A stretch of DNA of 64,000 nucleotides from an uncultured Rivularia sp. (GCA_963665115.1 OY762007.1:4896001-4960000), one strand, 5' to 3'. Positions 52,460 to 63,148 are shown, counted from the stretch's first letter. Notes: generated by a model from the letters alone, not told the origin. Numbers and translations are program-made.

Positions 52460-53992
52460 ATGACTGATGTAATAATAATCGGAAGCGGAATCGGGGGTTT
52501 AAGCTGTGCGGGATTATTAGCGAGATATGGCTTTAAGGTGACGGTTTGCGAAAGCCATTCTATTCCCGGTGGAGCAGCACATTCTTTTAATTATCAAGGT
52601 TATAAATTTGATTCTGGCCCTTCGCTTTATTCCGGTTTATCTTACAGCCCTTCAAATAATCCTTTGCGACAGGTATTAGATGCAGTTGGCGAAGATTGCG
52701 AATGGGCGAATTACGATACCTGGGGTTGTTTTCTTCCTGAAGGAGATTTCAACACTTCCGTGGGTGCGGAACAATTTTGTGAGGTGCTTTTAAAATATCG
52801 TGGGGAGAAAGCTGTTCAGGAATGGCAGGAGTTGCAGCGAGTTATGGCTCCTTATGCAGATGCTGCGATCGCGCTTCCTTCTGCTGCTTTACGTTTTGAT
52901 TTTGGTGCTGTAAAAACAGTGGGTAAATTTGCACCTAGTTTACTAAAACATTTTTTCAACGTTTTTAAGTTAACGGGACCTTTCAGTTCGATTATGGATG
53001 AAGTAGTCACCGATCCATTTATTCGCAACTGGTTAAATATGTTGTGTTTTCTGCTTTCTGGATTACCTGCCGATGGTACTTCTGCTGCGGAAGTTGCGTT
53101 TATGTTCGCAGATTGGTATCGCCCTAACGTCAAGTTGGATTATCCGGTGGGTGGTAGTGCTGCTTTAGTTGATGCTTTGCTCAGGGGATTTGAGAAACAT
53201 GATGGAAAATTACTTTTAAAAAGTCATGTTGAACAAATAATTGTTGAAAATAACCGCGCTGTTGGGGTGAGGTTGAGGGGTGGTGAGGAATTAAGAGCGA
53301 ATACAGTAATATCAAATGCTTCTGTATGGGACACTTTGAAATTAATTCCGAAAGATTCGGTACCGCAATTTATTGATAAACGAGAAGCAACACCCGAATG
53401 TGAAAGTTTTATGCATTTACATTTAGGAATTGATGCTTCTAATATTCGTTCAGATTTGCAATGTCATTATATATTTGTCAAAGATTGGGAATTAGGAATT
53501 ACTGCTCCGCAAAATTTAGTATTGATATCAATTCCTTCAGTAATGGATTCTTCCCTAGCACCAACAGGTAAACATTCGATTCACGTTTACACTCCTGGCA
53601 GCGAGCCTTACGATTTATGGCAGGGAATGGATCGGAATAGCGAAGAGTATTTACAACAGAAACAAAAACGCGCTGAAATCATGTGGCAAGCTTTAGAAAA
53701 AGTTATTCCAGATATTCGTTCTCGTTGCGAAGTTACGTTGATTGGTACACCTTTGACTCACGAACGTTATTTGAGAAGGAATCGTGGTTCTTACGGGCCA
53801 GCAATTCGTGCGGGAGAAAGTTTATTTCCCGGATCGAATACTCCTTTAAAAGGGTTAATGTGTTGCGGTGATTCGACATTTCCCGGAATTGGTTTACCAG
53901 CAGTTGCAGCTTCCGGGATGATTGCTGCTAACACTTTGGCTCCGGTTGAGAAGCATTTGGAAATGTTACAGGAGTTGGGGAATTGGGCATAG
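52460..53992 (+). CDS. Phytoene desaturase / carotenoid isomerase (CrtH/CRTISO-like) family FAD oxidoreductase
   Basis: IGSGIGG, FDSGPS, TPLTH.RYLRR..GSYGP and GDSTFPGIG.PAVAASG motifs. Confidence 0.85.
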   Translation: MTDVIIIGSGIGGLSCAGLLARYGFKVTVCESHSIPGGAAHSFNYQGYKFDSGPSLYSGLSYSPSNNPLRQVLDAVGEDCEWANYDTWGCFLPEGDFNTSVGAEQFCEVLLKYRGEKAVQEWQELQRVMAPYADAAIALPSAALRFDFGAVKTVGKFAPSLLKHFFNVFKLTGPFSSIMDEVVTDPFIRNWLNMLCFLLSGLPADGTSAAEVAFMFADWYRPNVKLDYPVGGSAALVDALLRGFEKHDGKLLLKSHVEQIIVENNRAVGVRLRGGEELRANTVISNASVWDTLKLIPKDSVPQFIDKREATPECESFMHLHLGIDASNIRSDLQCHYIFVKDWELGITAPQNLVLISIPSVMDSSLAPTGKHSIHVYTPGSEPYDLWQGMDRNSEEYLQQKQKRAEIMWQALEKVIPDIRSRCEVTLIGTPLTHERYLRRNRGSYGPAIRAGESLFPGSNTPLKGLMCCGDSTFPGIGLPAVAASGMIAANTLAPVEKHLEMLQELGNWA

Positions 53993-54156
53993 GGAATTGG
54001 GCATTGGGCATAGAAAGAAACGTTGGCAATTTAATTATGAATGATTGAAAAAATGTAGAGACGTAATATATTACGTCTCCAATAATTAGTCACATATTAC
54101 ATCTCTATTAATTACCAATTACCAATTACCAATTACCCATTACCCATTCCCAATTA

Positions 54157-54690
54157 CTAAAAATAATCTGGCTGCCAATTTTCGCGGTGGATGGAATAGT
54201 AAACCACCTTTATTTTGTAGAAATGAGCATCTTTTTCGTACTTTAAGCCAGCTTTCTCCATAACTCTCCGAGAAGCGATGTGTTTGGGAGATGCGATCGC
54301 CACAATTTTTTGTAACTTAACGAACTCGAAACCGTACTGCAAGCAGGCTTTAGTGGTTTCTGTCGCAATACCTCGGTTCCAGTAACTTTGGTCGAAACGA
54401 TAAAGAACTTCGATATCGGGGGTATTAGGTAAACAATTTAGTCCGCAATGGCCGATTAGTTTTCCACTAGTTTTTTCGATAGCAGCCCATACACCGAAAC
54501 CGTATTTTTCCCAATGCTCGATGAAATATTCAAGAATTTCCCGAGTAACTTGTTTTTCCTTCCCTTTTGGTATTGATCCCTTGGGTGAATACTTCATTAC
54601 CTCTGGATTGCTCAAAATTACAGATAATCTATCCAAATCATCCAGCGTATAAGGTCTGAGTCGCAGTCTCGCAGTTTCAATTTCTGCCAT
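54157..54690 (-). CDS. GNAT (RimJ/RimL) N-acetyltransferase
   Basis: ETARLRLRP, YWNRGIATE and ASRRVMEKAG motifs. Confidence 0.92.
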   Translation of the reverse strand: MAEIETARLRLRPYTLDDLDRLSVILSNPEVMKYSPKGSIPKGKEKQVTREILEYFIEHWEKYGFGVWAAIEKTSGKLIGHCGLNCLPNTPDIEVLYRFDQSYWNRGIATETTKACLQYGFEFVKLQKIVAIASPKHIASRRVMEKAGLKYEKDAHFYKIKVVYYSIHRENWQPDYF

Positions 54691-54774
54691 AATTTACTCA
54701 AATTATCCTTTTATCCAGTTACAAGTTTCACGTAAATTAAATCTTGTCCGGTTTTTTGGGAAGAGGGTTGTGAG

Positions 54775-54925
54775 GGAGCGGGGATGGGGAGAGGGGGTAG
54801 AGGGGGGAGAGGGGGAGAGGGGGACAAGGAGAAAGATAATTACTAACTCACTACTCACTACTTACTACTTACTACTCCCAACTCCCAACTCCCAACTCCT
54901 AACTATCCCCAATTCCCAATTCCCT
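54775..54925. repeat. Compound STRR (G-rich block, then CTCACTA/CTCCCAA/TTCCCAA)
   Basis: Visible tandem units. Confidence 0.85.
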
Positions 54926-55760
54926 AACTCCAATAAGTTAATGGTTCTTCTTGGTTGCGATATCCGATAAACATGGACATGGAAACTCTGGGACCACCGT
55001 GGGAAGCTCTTACTGCATGAACTCTTGTAGAATCAAATAGTATTAGTTCTCCTACTTGAGGTTTTATTACAGAATAAGCTTCTGGTAAAATTCTTCGGTC
55101 GATGATTCCTTCGTATTTGTATTCTTGGTCGTGAATTTCTGGTTGTTTGATGCTTGAAGGTTTGACATTCCAGATTTCTAATTCTCCGCCAAATTTGGGG
55201 GTACGTAAGTAAATATTAGCGCTTAATTGAGTTACTAAGTAGGAGAAAGGATAGGTGGGATAAATGGGAGCATCTGATACGTCTCTGGCAAGAATATCTT
55301 GATGGGGTGGAAGTTCAAAATCATCTTCAAATACTCTACCAATTCCCGCTAACATGGTGCGATTGTGGATGTTTTCGATGCAGGCACCTGCTAACCACAT
55401 ATCTCCTAAATCTAATCTTAATTTGTCGATGGGTGAAAGAAAAGGAGAACAAACACCACGGATGTTTCTATTACAGGCTGGAGCTTGTTGGTAATAACGT
55501 TCGAGCATTTCGACATTACCGTTGGTTTCAAAGAAGGTAATTCCAGTTCTTTGCACTCCCACATCTGGCGCTCGATGATATCTTTCTAAGCTGTCTTGCT
55601 CGATTAATTCTTCACTAATTTTTTCGGCTTGTTCGTGGTGATAGTAGCTGGGAATTCGTAAGGCAAGTAATTTTCCTTCTAATAAATCCAGTAAATCTGT
55701 CATTACCAAACTTTGAGAAATTTTTACCAAGGTTTTTTGTTGCTGTTGAGTCGATTGCAT
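54924..55760 (-). CDS. 2OG-Fe(II) oxygenase
   Basis: HQD...H facial triad (PHQD, VHAV), GGELEIW, GELILFDS and R.S 2OG-binding motif. Confidence 0.85.
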   Translation of the reverse strand: MQSTQQQQKTLVKISQSLVMTDLLDLLEGKLLALRIPSYYHHEQAEKISEELIEQDSLERYHRAPDVGVQRTGITFFETNGNVEMLERYYQQAPACNRNIRGVCSPFLSPIDKLRLDLGDMWLAGACIENIHNRTMLAGIGRVFEDDFELPPHQDILARDVSDAPIYPTYPFSYLVTQLSANIYLRTPKFGGELEIWNVKPSSIKQPEIHDQEYKYEGIIDRRILPEAYSVIKPQVGELILFDSTRVHAVRASHGGPRVSMSMFIGYRNQEEPLTYWS

Positions 55761-56197
55761 ACAATTGTTCCTTTGTAATTTAATGTGGACTACTTGACGA
55801 ACTTGAAATTGGGTGAAGACTGGAAATCCCTGTTTTGCTAATTAGTCAATCCTGTAGTTATACAAGGTGAGTCATAACTATTACGCACAAGTTTTAGAAA
55901 AAATATGCTGTAATTGCGGTAAGTCCTATCGGAAAGGGCTTTTGAGGAGATAAGAAAAAGGTAGAAGCAGTGATTTAACTTAGATTATGTGAAATATTTA
56001 TTCTGAGTAAGATCAAAAAAGCCTGATAACTGAAGGGAATTATTCTCTTGCTAGCAGAGGGTTATCGATTATAAAAACCTTACTAGACGCTGAGGGCGCA
56101 GAGGAAAGAAAGGAAGAGAGAGATAATTTTAGAGCGGGATAAAAGCAATTCCTAATTCCTAATTCCTAACTCCTCACTCTTAACTCCTAACTATTTA

Positions 56198-58516
56198 TTA
56201 AACCAATTTGACTTTCATCGTCATACTGTTGTCGTTGCCCGAATTAGCATCTGTCAAATCCCCGAAATCGAATTTAAACAGGCTGGTATTCCCACTACCC
56301 ACTTCGACAATACTATTGGAATCATTACTGTTAGCAGCACCGAAGGATAATAATGCTTCAGCTTCACCGTTTTCAAAGTCTTGAATACTCCCGTCTTGGA
56401 TTAAATAGGGAGCCAGCAGACTTTGCGAAGGTAAATCCACGTCGAATTTTTCTCTACGGGAATCGTCTTTGAGTTGAAAATCTGCCACACTATTAGAAAT
56501 TGCTGTTTTGAGATAATCCTCTCCATCTTCTGGCGTGAGGGTTTCACCCGTTACTTTATCTACAACTGTCCCTTTCTGATCTTTAATGGCATAAAAACCA
56601 ACTGTGTTATCAAATGATGATTTTTCGGTAACGGTAATTTTGGCTTTTCCGTCGTCATCTTGCAAATCTAATAATCCGTCGCTAAGCAGATTATCTTTAC
56701 TTAAGGGGTTATTTTCGGAAACTTTCAAGAAGACGTTTTCTTGAAGTCGATCAATTTCAGTGTTTGACTTGATGATGTCGGCATAAGTCGTCTCTTTTAT
56801 CTCCTTTATTTCCTTCCCAGTAAATATTCCACCATCTTTTCTCTTATTTTCAAACCAAAATCTATCGGCATCTCGCAACCGCTCAAATTGCTCTCCGACT
56901 ATGGCTTTGGTTGTTTCCCCGGCTCCGGAAGGTGCTACAGCATCTTCGGCAAATAACCCTATCAATAAATCAACGTCTTCTACAGTGCCGTACAAATCTT
57001 TCAAAGTTTTGGCTAAATCCTTATCGGAAGTTAACTCATCAAAACTTTTCACCCTTTCCAAGCCAAAATCATCACGTACTTGATTGTAATCGGCTAATCC
57101 TCGTTCCCTTCCCCGTTGAATATTTGCCGAATACAAATCAAATCCGACACCAGCAGGGGGAAATAAAGCGTTGCGTAAATCAAAGACTACATTAGTATCG
57201 ACATCTTCATCCAGAGTTACCGTGCTACCGCGCAATATTTCATCAACATCCTTACCCTCAGTAATATTCGGCGCTCCGAATGTGGTTAACAGCGGTAAAG
57301 TTGTCGCATTCCCCTCACTATCAACAGTCTCTATCTTGTTACCAGTTTGAGAGTGTCCAAAACGAAAACCGGCGGCGTTAAATTCGTCGGATATTTGGGG
57401 AGTTTCTTTAGCATCGTAACCCTTATATTTATCTATATCCCCTATCTGCTGTGGCAACCATTCATATGTAACCACCTGTTGATATTGAGCGATATTAATC
57501 TGCCGCGCTCTTTCAAATATCTGTTTATCATCCCATTTAGGATGAAATGCAGTTAAATCCTCGGCAATACGATTATGATTTCTCACCCATAAAGTATGTT
57601 GAGCAGCTAAAGCATCTTGCTCGCTAACTCTTTCGTCTCCAGCTAAAAATCCAACACCCTGAAAAAATCCTCCTCTCATTACCTGCTCGGTATCCGCTGG
57701 CATTAAATCATCGCTGGTAGATTCAGTCTCTTCAGAAAAAACTTTTAGCCTACCTCCTTTATTACTACGAAGAGATTTGGCTAATTCCTTATCGGAGCCG
57801 TAAACAACAGATAAATCCAGCCAGTGAGTTAAATCGTTAGGTACTTTTCCCGGTTTAGATTTACCATCTTTAACAACTCCAGTTCCCGATTTAAAAGCAT
57901 TTCTGGGAAACTCAAACTCTAATCCACCATCTTTCTGTCTGTTGATTGTCGGAGTTGGAGGAATATCCGGTGTAAAGTTGGCATCATTTTGAGGAATATC
58001 GATATTAAAACTATCCTCAGATAACCGAGCCAAATTCAAATCGTGGTTAATTAACTGCCCAAAAGACCAATTTATTGCAGTTAAACCTTTGGAGCTAGGA
58101 TCGGTTTCACCCTTATCTAATTTAGACGTTGCATTACTGATTACCCTGGCACTAGGGCGGTCTAAAGGATCGAGTAATACAAAGGGTGCATGAGCATTAT
58201 TACTTAAACCATCCTTATTTTTAACAACCTCCAAACCCGATTTTTTCAAGCTTTTTCTTTCCGCTTTACTAAAAATCGGAATCGGTTGACGACTTACAGC
58301 TTCACCATCAACACCAATTAAAGGATTACCTTCAGCATCCTTTGCAACCCCCGCAGGAGAAGCAACTCCATCCTCATACTCATAAGTACCAAGACGAATA
58401 AAAGGTGTACCATTAGCCCCCAATCGAGGCTTCTCTAAATTGTTCCCGGAACCATTAATCTTGCGAATCGAATCTAGCCTTTTGCCTTTATAGGGATTTC
58501 TGTCAAGAATTGACAT
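56198..58516 (-). CDS. Animal-type heme peroxidase (peroxidase-cyclooxygenase superfamily) with a DUF4114-like C-terminal domain
   Basis: GSGNN, FGQLINHDL, DLSVVYGS, GDERVSEQ, RNHNRIA, FRFGHS, NIQRGRERG and DADRFWFEN. The tail contains DNTVGFY...LLAPYL...SFGAAN. Confidence 0.92.
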   Translation of the reverse strand: MSILDRNPYKGKRLDSIRKINGSGNNLEKPRLGANGTPFIRLGTYEYEDGVASPAGVAKDAEGNPLIGVDGEAVSRQPIPIFSKAERKSLKKSGLEVVKNKDGLSNNAHAPFVLLDPLDRPSARVISNATSKLDKGETDPSSKGLTAINWSFGQLINHDLNLARLSEDSFNIDIPQNDANFTPDIPPTPTINRQKDGGLEFEFPRNAFKSGTGVVKDGKSKPGKVPNDLTHWLDLSVVYGSDKELAKSLRSNKGGRLKVFSEETESTSDDLMPADTEQVMRGGFFQGVGFLAGDERVSEQDALAAQHTLWVRNHNRIAEDLTAFHPKWDDKQIFERARQINIAQYQQVVTYEWLPQQIGDIDKYKGYDAKETPQISDEFNAAGFRFGHSQTGNKIETVDSEGNATTLPLLTTFGAPNITEGKDVDEILRGSTVTLDEDVDTNVVFDLRNALFPPAGVGFDLYSANIQRGRERGLADYNQVRDDFGLERVKSFDELTSDKDLAKTLKDLYGTVEDVDLLIGLFAEDAVAPSGAGETTKAIVGEQFERLRDADRFWFENKRKDGGIFTGKEIKEIKETTYADIIKSNTEIDRLQENVFLKVSENNPLSKDNLLSDGLLDLQDDDGKAKITVTEKSSFDNTVGFYAIKDQKGTVVDKVTGETLTPEDGEDYLKTAISNSVADFQLKDDSRREKFDVDLPSQSLLAPYLIQDGSIQDFENGEAEALLSFGAANSNDSNSIVEVGSGNTSLFKFDFGDLTDANSGNDNSMTMKVKLV

Positions 58517-58999
58517 ATTGCCACACTTTTGTAACTTTATATACAAATTGTAAAAAACTTTTTTCTCAATTGGTGTATCTGGAAATACTTGAAAATCAAA
58601 TTATCATGGATATGGGCACCATAAAGATCGCTTATTGTTCCCGAACTTGATAAAATTTTAGAAAAGGTTAATACCCATAAAACCCGAATATTACAGGAGT
58701 TTCGAGTGATATCATGTTGACTCCGGCAATTATTAATTTTAAGGAAGTGCAATAATCTCAAACCCTTGCAATAGCGCTCTTACACCCAAAATCGCACTTT
58801 ATACATAATCTATTTCATCTCACACTGCCGTAAAATTTAAACTTCTCGTAGATTTATTTGAAATATTCGATCGAATACTTCACGTTAAACAACAGCCGTC
58901 TTCCTCCCAATTGCAGATATAGCCAAGCCCTGTGGAGTGCAAACATCAATTAAAAAATACTGCCAAATTTTGATGAAAAATTAATATAATGCATTTACT

Positions 59000-60880
59000 A
59001 TGAGCATCTCCAAACCTCTAAAAAAATCTTATAAGCAAAACCGTCTTCGTAAAAACGATTGGCGATTATTTTTGCGTTTAGTTCCCTACGCTCGCAGTTA
59101 TAAAAAGCTTCTAGCGATTTCACTGTTATTGTTAGTACCAGTGGCAATAGCAAATGCCATACAGCCGCTAATAATCGGACAGGTAATTTCTCTCGTTCGT
59201 AAAGAACCCAGCACCTACGAATTTATCAGCAATAATCCCCAACAAGGATTGTTAATGCTGCAAATAGTTTTATTAATTACCGTTGTTATTAAGCTTTTAT
59301 TAACAGGCTTTCAAGGATATTTAGTTCAAAAAGTCGGACAGAAAATTACTGCCGATATTCGCAAAGACTTATTTCATCACGTTACTTCCTTAGCAGTACG
59401 CTTCTTTGATAAAACTCCCGTAGGTAAACTGATTACCAGATTGACATCCGACGTAGAAGTTTTAGGAGATGTATTTGCAACTGGTGCCGTAGGTATATTT
59501 GCAGATATTTTCTCCACTTTGGTAATTATTGGCTTTATGTTTTATACCCAATGGCAACTAGCATTAATGCTGCTGCTATTGCTTTTCCCCGTATCCGCTT
59601 TAATTACCTTCTTTCAACAGCAGTTTCGTAAAGCGAATTATAAAGCTAGAGAAGAACTTTCCATACTCAATTCCCAGCTACAGGAAAATATTACCGGAAT
59701 CAACGTAGTACAGCTATTTCGTCGAGAAAGATTCAACGCTCAATTATTTGAGAAAACCAATAACCTTTACGTAAAAGAAGTAGATACAACAATCTTCCAC
59801 GATTCCGCAGTTTCAGCTACTTTAGAATGGATTGCCTTAGTGGCGATCGCCGGAGTATTGTGGGTTGGTGGCTGGTTAATTTTAGGAGAGCAGTTAACAG
59901 TTGGGATATTAGCGAGTTTCATCCTTTACGCTCAACGATTGTTCGATCCTTTACGACAATTCGCCGAAAAATTTACCATCATTCAAGCAGGTTTTACAGC
60001 CATCGAACGAGTTTCCGATATTTTAGATGAGCCTATCGAAATAAGCGATAAAGTAAATCCCAGATATTCGCTGACAAATAACTTTGAGTTCGGATATATC
60101 GACGAAATAGTAGAAAACTTAGAAACCAACAATAAAATAGATCAATCAAAACTAGGAGAAATCCGTTTTGAAGAAGTTTGGTTTGCTTATAAAGACGATG
60201 ATTACGTCATCAAGAATTTGGATTTTACCATCAATCCCGGAGAAAAAATTGCTTTAGTAGGTCCCACCGGAGCCGGGAAAAGTACAATAATTCGTTTATT
60301 ATGTCGTCTTTACGAACCCAGCAAAGGACGTATTTTAGTAGACGGTATAGATATTAAAGAAATACCCCAAGCCGAATTAAGAAGATATTTAGCCGTAATC
60401 TTACAAGAAGGATTTTTATTTGCTGGTGATGTCAAAAGTAATATTACATTAGGCGACAACTACACCTTTGAAGAAATACAACAAGCAGCGCGCGCGACAA
60501 ACGTAGAAGAATTTATCGAACGATTACCCCAAGGTTATAACTCCGAACTTCGTGAAAGAGGAACCAACATTTCCAGCGGTGAAAAACAGCTTTTAGCCTT
60601 CGCGCGTGCCGCAATTCGTAATCCACAAATACTAGTATTAGACGAGGCAACAGCTAACTTAGATGTAGCCACAGAAGCCTTAATTCAAAAAGCCTTAAAC
60701 GAGCTTTTGCAAAAACGTACAGCAATTATAATCGCTCACCGATTATCTACAATTCGCAACGTCAACCGCATTTTCGTACTCAAACGCGGTGAATTAATCG
60801 AGCAAGGTACCCACGAAGAATTAATTGAACAAGGTGGATTATACGCAACATTACACAACTTACAAATGCTCAATCAGTAA
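59000..60880 (+). CDS. ABC exporter, fused permease and ATPase
   Basis: TM domain plus GPTGAGKS, SSGEKQ, LDEATA and IAHRLSTI. Confidence 0.95.
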   Translation: MSISKPLKKSYKQNRLRKNDWRLFLRLVPYARSYKKLLAISLLLLVPVAIANAIQPLIIGQVISLVRKEPSTYEFISNNPQQGLLMLQIVLLITVVIKLLLTGFQGYLVQKVGQKITADIRKDLFHHVTSLAVRFFDKTPVGKLITRLTSDVEVLGDVFATGAVGIFADIFSTLVIIGFMFYTQWQLALMLLLLLFPVSALITFFQQQFRKANYKAREELSILNSQLQENITGINVVQLFRRERFNAQLFEKTNNLYVKEVDTTIFHDSAVSATLEWIALVAIAGVLWVGGWLILGEQLTVGILASFILYAQRLFDPLRQFAEKFTIIQAGFTAIERVSDILDEPIEISDKVNPRYSLTNNFEFGYIDEIVENLETNNKIDQSKLGEIRFEEVWFAYKDDDYVIKNLDFTINPGEKIALVGPTGAGKSTIIRLLCRLYEPSKGRILVDGIDIKEIPQAELRRYLAVILQEGFLFAGDVKSNITLGDNYTFEEIQQAARATNVEEFIERLPQGYNSELRERGTNISSGEKQLLAFARAAIRNPQILVLDEATANLDVATEALIQKALNELLQKRTAIIIAHRLSTIRNVNRIFVLKRGELIEQGTHEELIEQGGLYATLHNLQMLNQ

Positions 60881-60970
60881 TTGATAATTGGTAATTGGTA
60901 ATTGGTAATTGGTAATTGGTAATTGGTAGTTGATAATTGATAATTGGTAATTGGTAATTGATAATTGGTA
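60878..60970. repeat. Heptamer STRR (TAATTGG/TAATTGA)
   Basis: Tandem units begin at the stop codon. Confidence 0.9.
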
Positions 60971-61006
60971 GTTGACTATAGATGAATATTAGTAAAAAAG
61001 CAAAAA

Positions 61007-61029
61007 CCCGGCTTCTTTCGGAAGCCAGG
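61007..61029. terminator. Probable intrinsic terminator between convergent genes
   Basis: GGCTTC-TTTCG-GAAGCC stem with an A-run on the left (a T-tail for the minus strand). Confidence 0.55.
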
Positions 61030-61101
61030 AATTTTAATTAGATTAATTTTGTAATGTATCTATTTTTGCCTCTTCTTTCAAGGGAAAAACAGAATTACGA
61101 A

Positions 61102-61635
61102 TTATTTTTTAATGGGAGCCTTAACTTTACTAGCCATATCTAAAAATGAATTCATATTCGCACCAGGGCGACGGCGCATTCCATCATTTTTAGGTATCAG
61201 ATATTTAGGTGCAAAAAGAGTTTCCTTATTATCTTCGGGTTTATCTGTGGTTACAGCTTTCTTAGCAGCTTTCTTTTTCTCTTCTTTCTTCTCTACAGGA
61301 ACAGCTTTAGCTTCTACACCTTTAGCCGTTTGCACCATCTCGACATCAATTTCTTGAACTTTCTCGGATGCAACTTCCTTTACCTTATTATCCTTATCCT
61401 TTACCTTGACAGTATCTTCTGACTTCAGCTTAGTATCTGCTTGAGCTTTAGCATCTACTGGCTTATTTTCATTAGCTGGCTTGTTTTCATTAACTGCTGG
61501 TTTTTTGCCATTATTAGATGCTTCAACCGGCTTAGAATCAGCCTTTGGCATTGGCTCATCTGGCTCATCTTTTAATTGTAAAAAGAACCCACCATCTTTC
61601 TTGCTTCCGCCGAAAAGTCCAGATATAAATTTCAT
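61102..61635 (-). CDS. Lys/Glu-rich low-complexity hypothetical protein
   Basis: Disordered-looking middle region with ordered ends (GFFLQL; TLFAP...RRRPGANMNSFLDMA). Confidence 0.75.
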   Translation of the reverse strand: MKFISGLFGGSKKDGGFFLQLKDEPDEPMPKADSKPVEASNNGKKPAVNENKPANENKPVDAKAQADTKLKSEDTVKVKDKDNKVKEVASEKVQEIDVEMVQTAKGVEAKAVPVEKKEEKKKAAKKAVTTDKPEDNKETLFAPKYLIPKNDGMRRRPGANMNSFLDMASKVKAPIKK

Positions 61636-62127
61636 AATTCCCTCAAATTAAGGTTTTGATAAAACGAAACGTGATTATTTCTTTTGTCTTTTATACCCGA
61701 ATTTTGACACAATTAATTAATAATTATGTATATTCGTAAATCATTATCAAAAATACTTAGTATCTATTACCCAACTACTTTCTAAAGATTTTAGTATCTT
61801 TGGATAGTCTAAGTAACATTTTTGTGTTAATACCACTGCTTGCAAACGCTAAATGTCTTATACTTCAAGCGATTGGAGGCAATCTACACTTGATCTCAAT
61901 TATTAAATTTTCTTGTAACTTAGAGCAAGAGTGTGAAAGATGATTTAACAAAACGTTACAGTGAACAGTTAGTAGTGAACAGTTACCAGTTACCAGTGAA
62001 CAGGAGTGGGGGAGGTGGGGAGATGGGGAGAAATATTAACTCCTAACTGATAACTGCTGACTGATGACTGGTAACTGCTCTCTGATTTCGTTACATTTAA
62101 TAGACTAAAGTAAATTCTATGTATTAA

Positions 62128-62742
62128 ATGAATCAACAGCGCAATCCGGTATTGTTAGTTCATGGAATTTGGGATACTGCTAAAGTATTTCGCAGAATGA
62201 TTCCTTTTCTCAACGAACGCGGTTTGAAGGTTTACGACTTAGATTTAGCACCTAATAACGGTACCAAGGGTTTGGATGATTTGGCTCAACAGGTGGCACA
62301 TAAAGTTGAATCTACCTTTGGAGCAGAACAGCCTTTTGATTTGCTTGGTTTCAGTATGGGGGGAATTGTAAGTCGTTATTATGTCCAGCGTTTAGGTGGA
62401 ATCAACAAAATACAAAGATTTATTACGCTTTCAGCACCAAGCCACGGTACTGTGATTGCTTACTTTAATCAAGGGTTGGGTTGCGTGCAGATGCGGCCGA
62501 ATAGTAGTTTACTAAAAGATTTAAACAGCGATGCTCAGATGCTGTCGCAAATTAATTTTACTTCGATTTGGACACCTTACGACATGATGATTGTCCCCGC
62601 AGATAGTTCTAAAATGCCTGTAGGAGATAACGTTGTGGTGTCGGTGATGAATCATGCTTGGATGCTTACCGATGAAAAAAGTTTGAGCGCGATCGCAACC
62701 GCATTATCGGCTCCAATTAAGTCCTGTCGCCAATCTGTGTAA
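62128..62742 (+). CDS. Lipase/esterase (alpha/beta hydrolase)
   Basis: PVLLVHG, GFSMGG, D in PYDMMI and H in NHAWM. Confidence 0.9.
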   Translation: MNQQRNPVLLVHGIWDTAKVFRRMIPFLNERGLKVYDLDLAPNNGTKGLDDLAQQVAHKVESTFGAEQPFDLLGFSMGGIVSRYYVQRLGGINKIQRFITLSAPSHGTVIAYFNQGLGCVQMRPNSSLLKDLNSDAQMLSQINFTSIWTPYDMMIVPADSSKMPVGDNVVVSVMNHAWMLTDEKSLSAIATALSAPIKSCRQSV

Positions 62743-63148
62743 ATTCGGCATTACCAAAAATGGCTTCCGGATGGCGGTAAAACTTATACTCCATCAAGTT
62801 GTAAAATGGGTCTTCGAGAAAAAAGGTACGATGTTCGAGGGGAGTATTGATAAAACGGTTTTTAGCTGATTCTCGAAAAGGTAAATTGCGTTTTTGCGCT
62901 CTTGCGAGTAAATCTTCCCAATCAGCTTCTTGAGTAAAAACCAAACCGAAATGTCTGGGATAAATACCGCGTTGAGGTGAAATCGGTTCCTTCGTAACGT
63001 GAGCAACTAACTGATGCCCGTAAAGATTGAGAATTAAAGCATTGCGATTTTCTCTACCGGAGGTGCATCCCAAACCATCGACATAATATGCTTTGGTTTG
63101 AGCAATATCAGTTACAGGGAATGCTATGTGGAAGATGACTTTGGACAT
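62717..63148 (-). CDS. VOC/glyoxalase family protein
   Basis: FHIAFPV, GHQLVAH, PRHFG and DPFYNLMEYK. The upstream extension in the ORF track is repeat-derived. Confidence 0.88.
   Translation of the reverse strand: MSKVIFHIAFPVTDIAQTKAYYVDGLGCTSGRENRNALILNLYGHQLVAHVTKEPISPQRGIYPRHFGLVFTQEADWEDLLARAQKRNLPFRESAKNRFINTPLEHRTFFLEDPFYNLMEYKFYRHPEAIFGNAEFTQIGDRT

Larger units (their letters stand above)
3376..62696. repeat. HIP1 octamer GCGATCGC, dispersed
   Basis: 18 copies counted by eye (e.g. near 3376, 6384, 15184, 24902, 35158, 38683, 50142, 59843). Confidence 0.9.

Noticed and set aside
54924..55760. WelO5-like halogenase call
   Set aside because: The metal-binding carboxylate (HQD) is present, which argues against halogenase chemistry.
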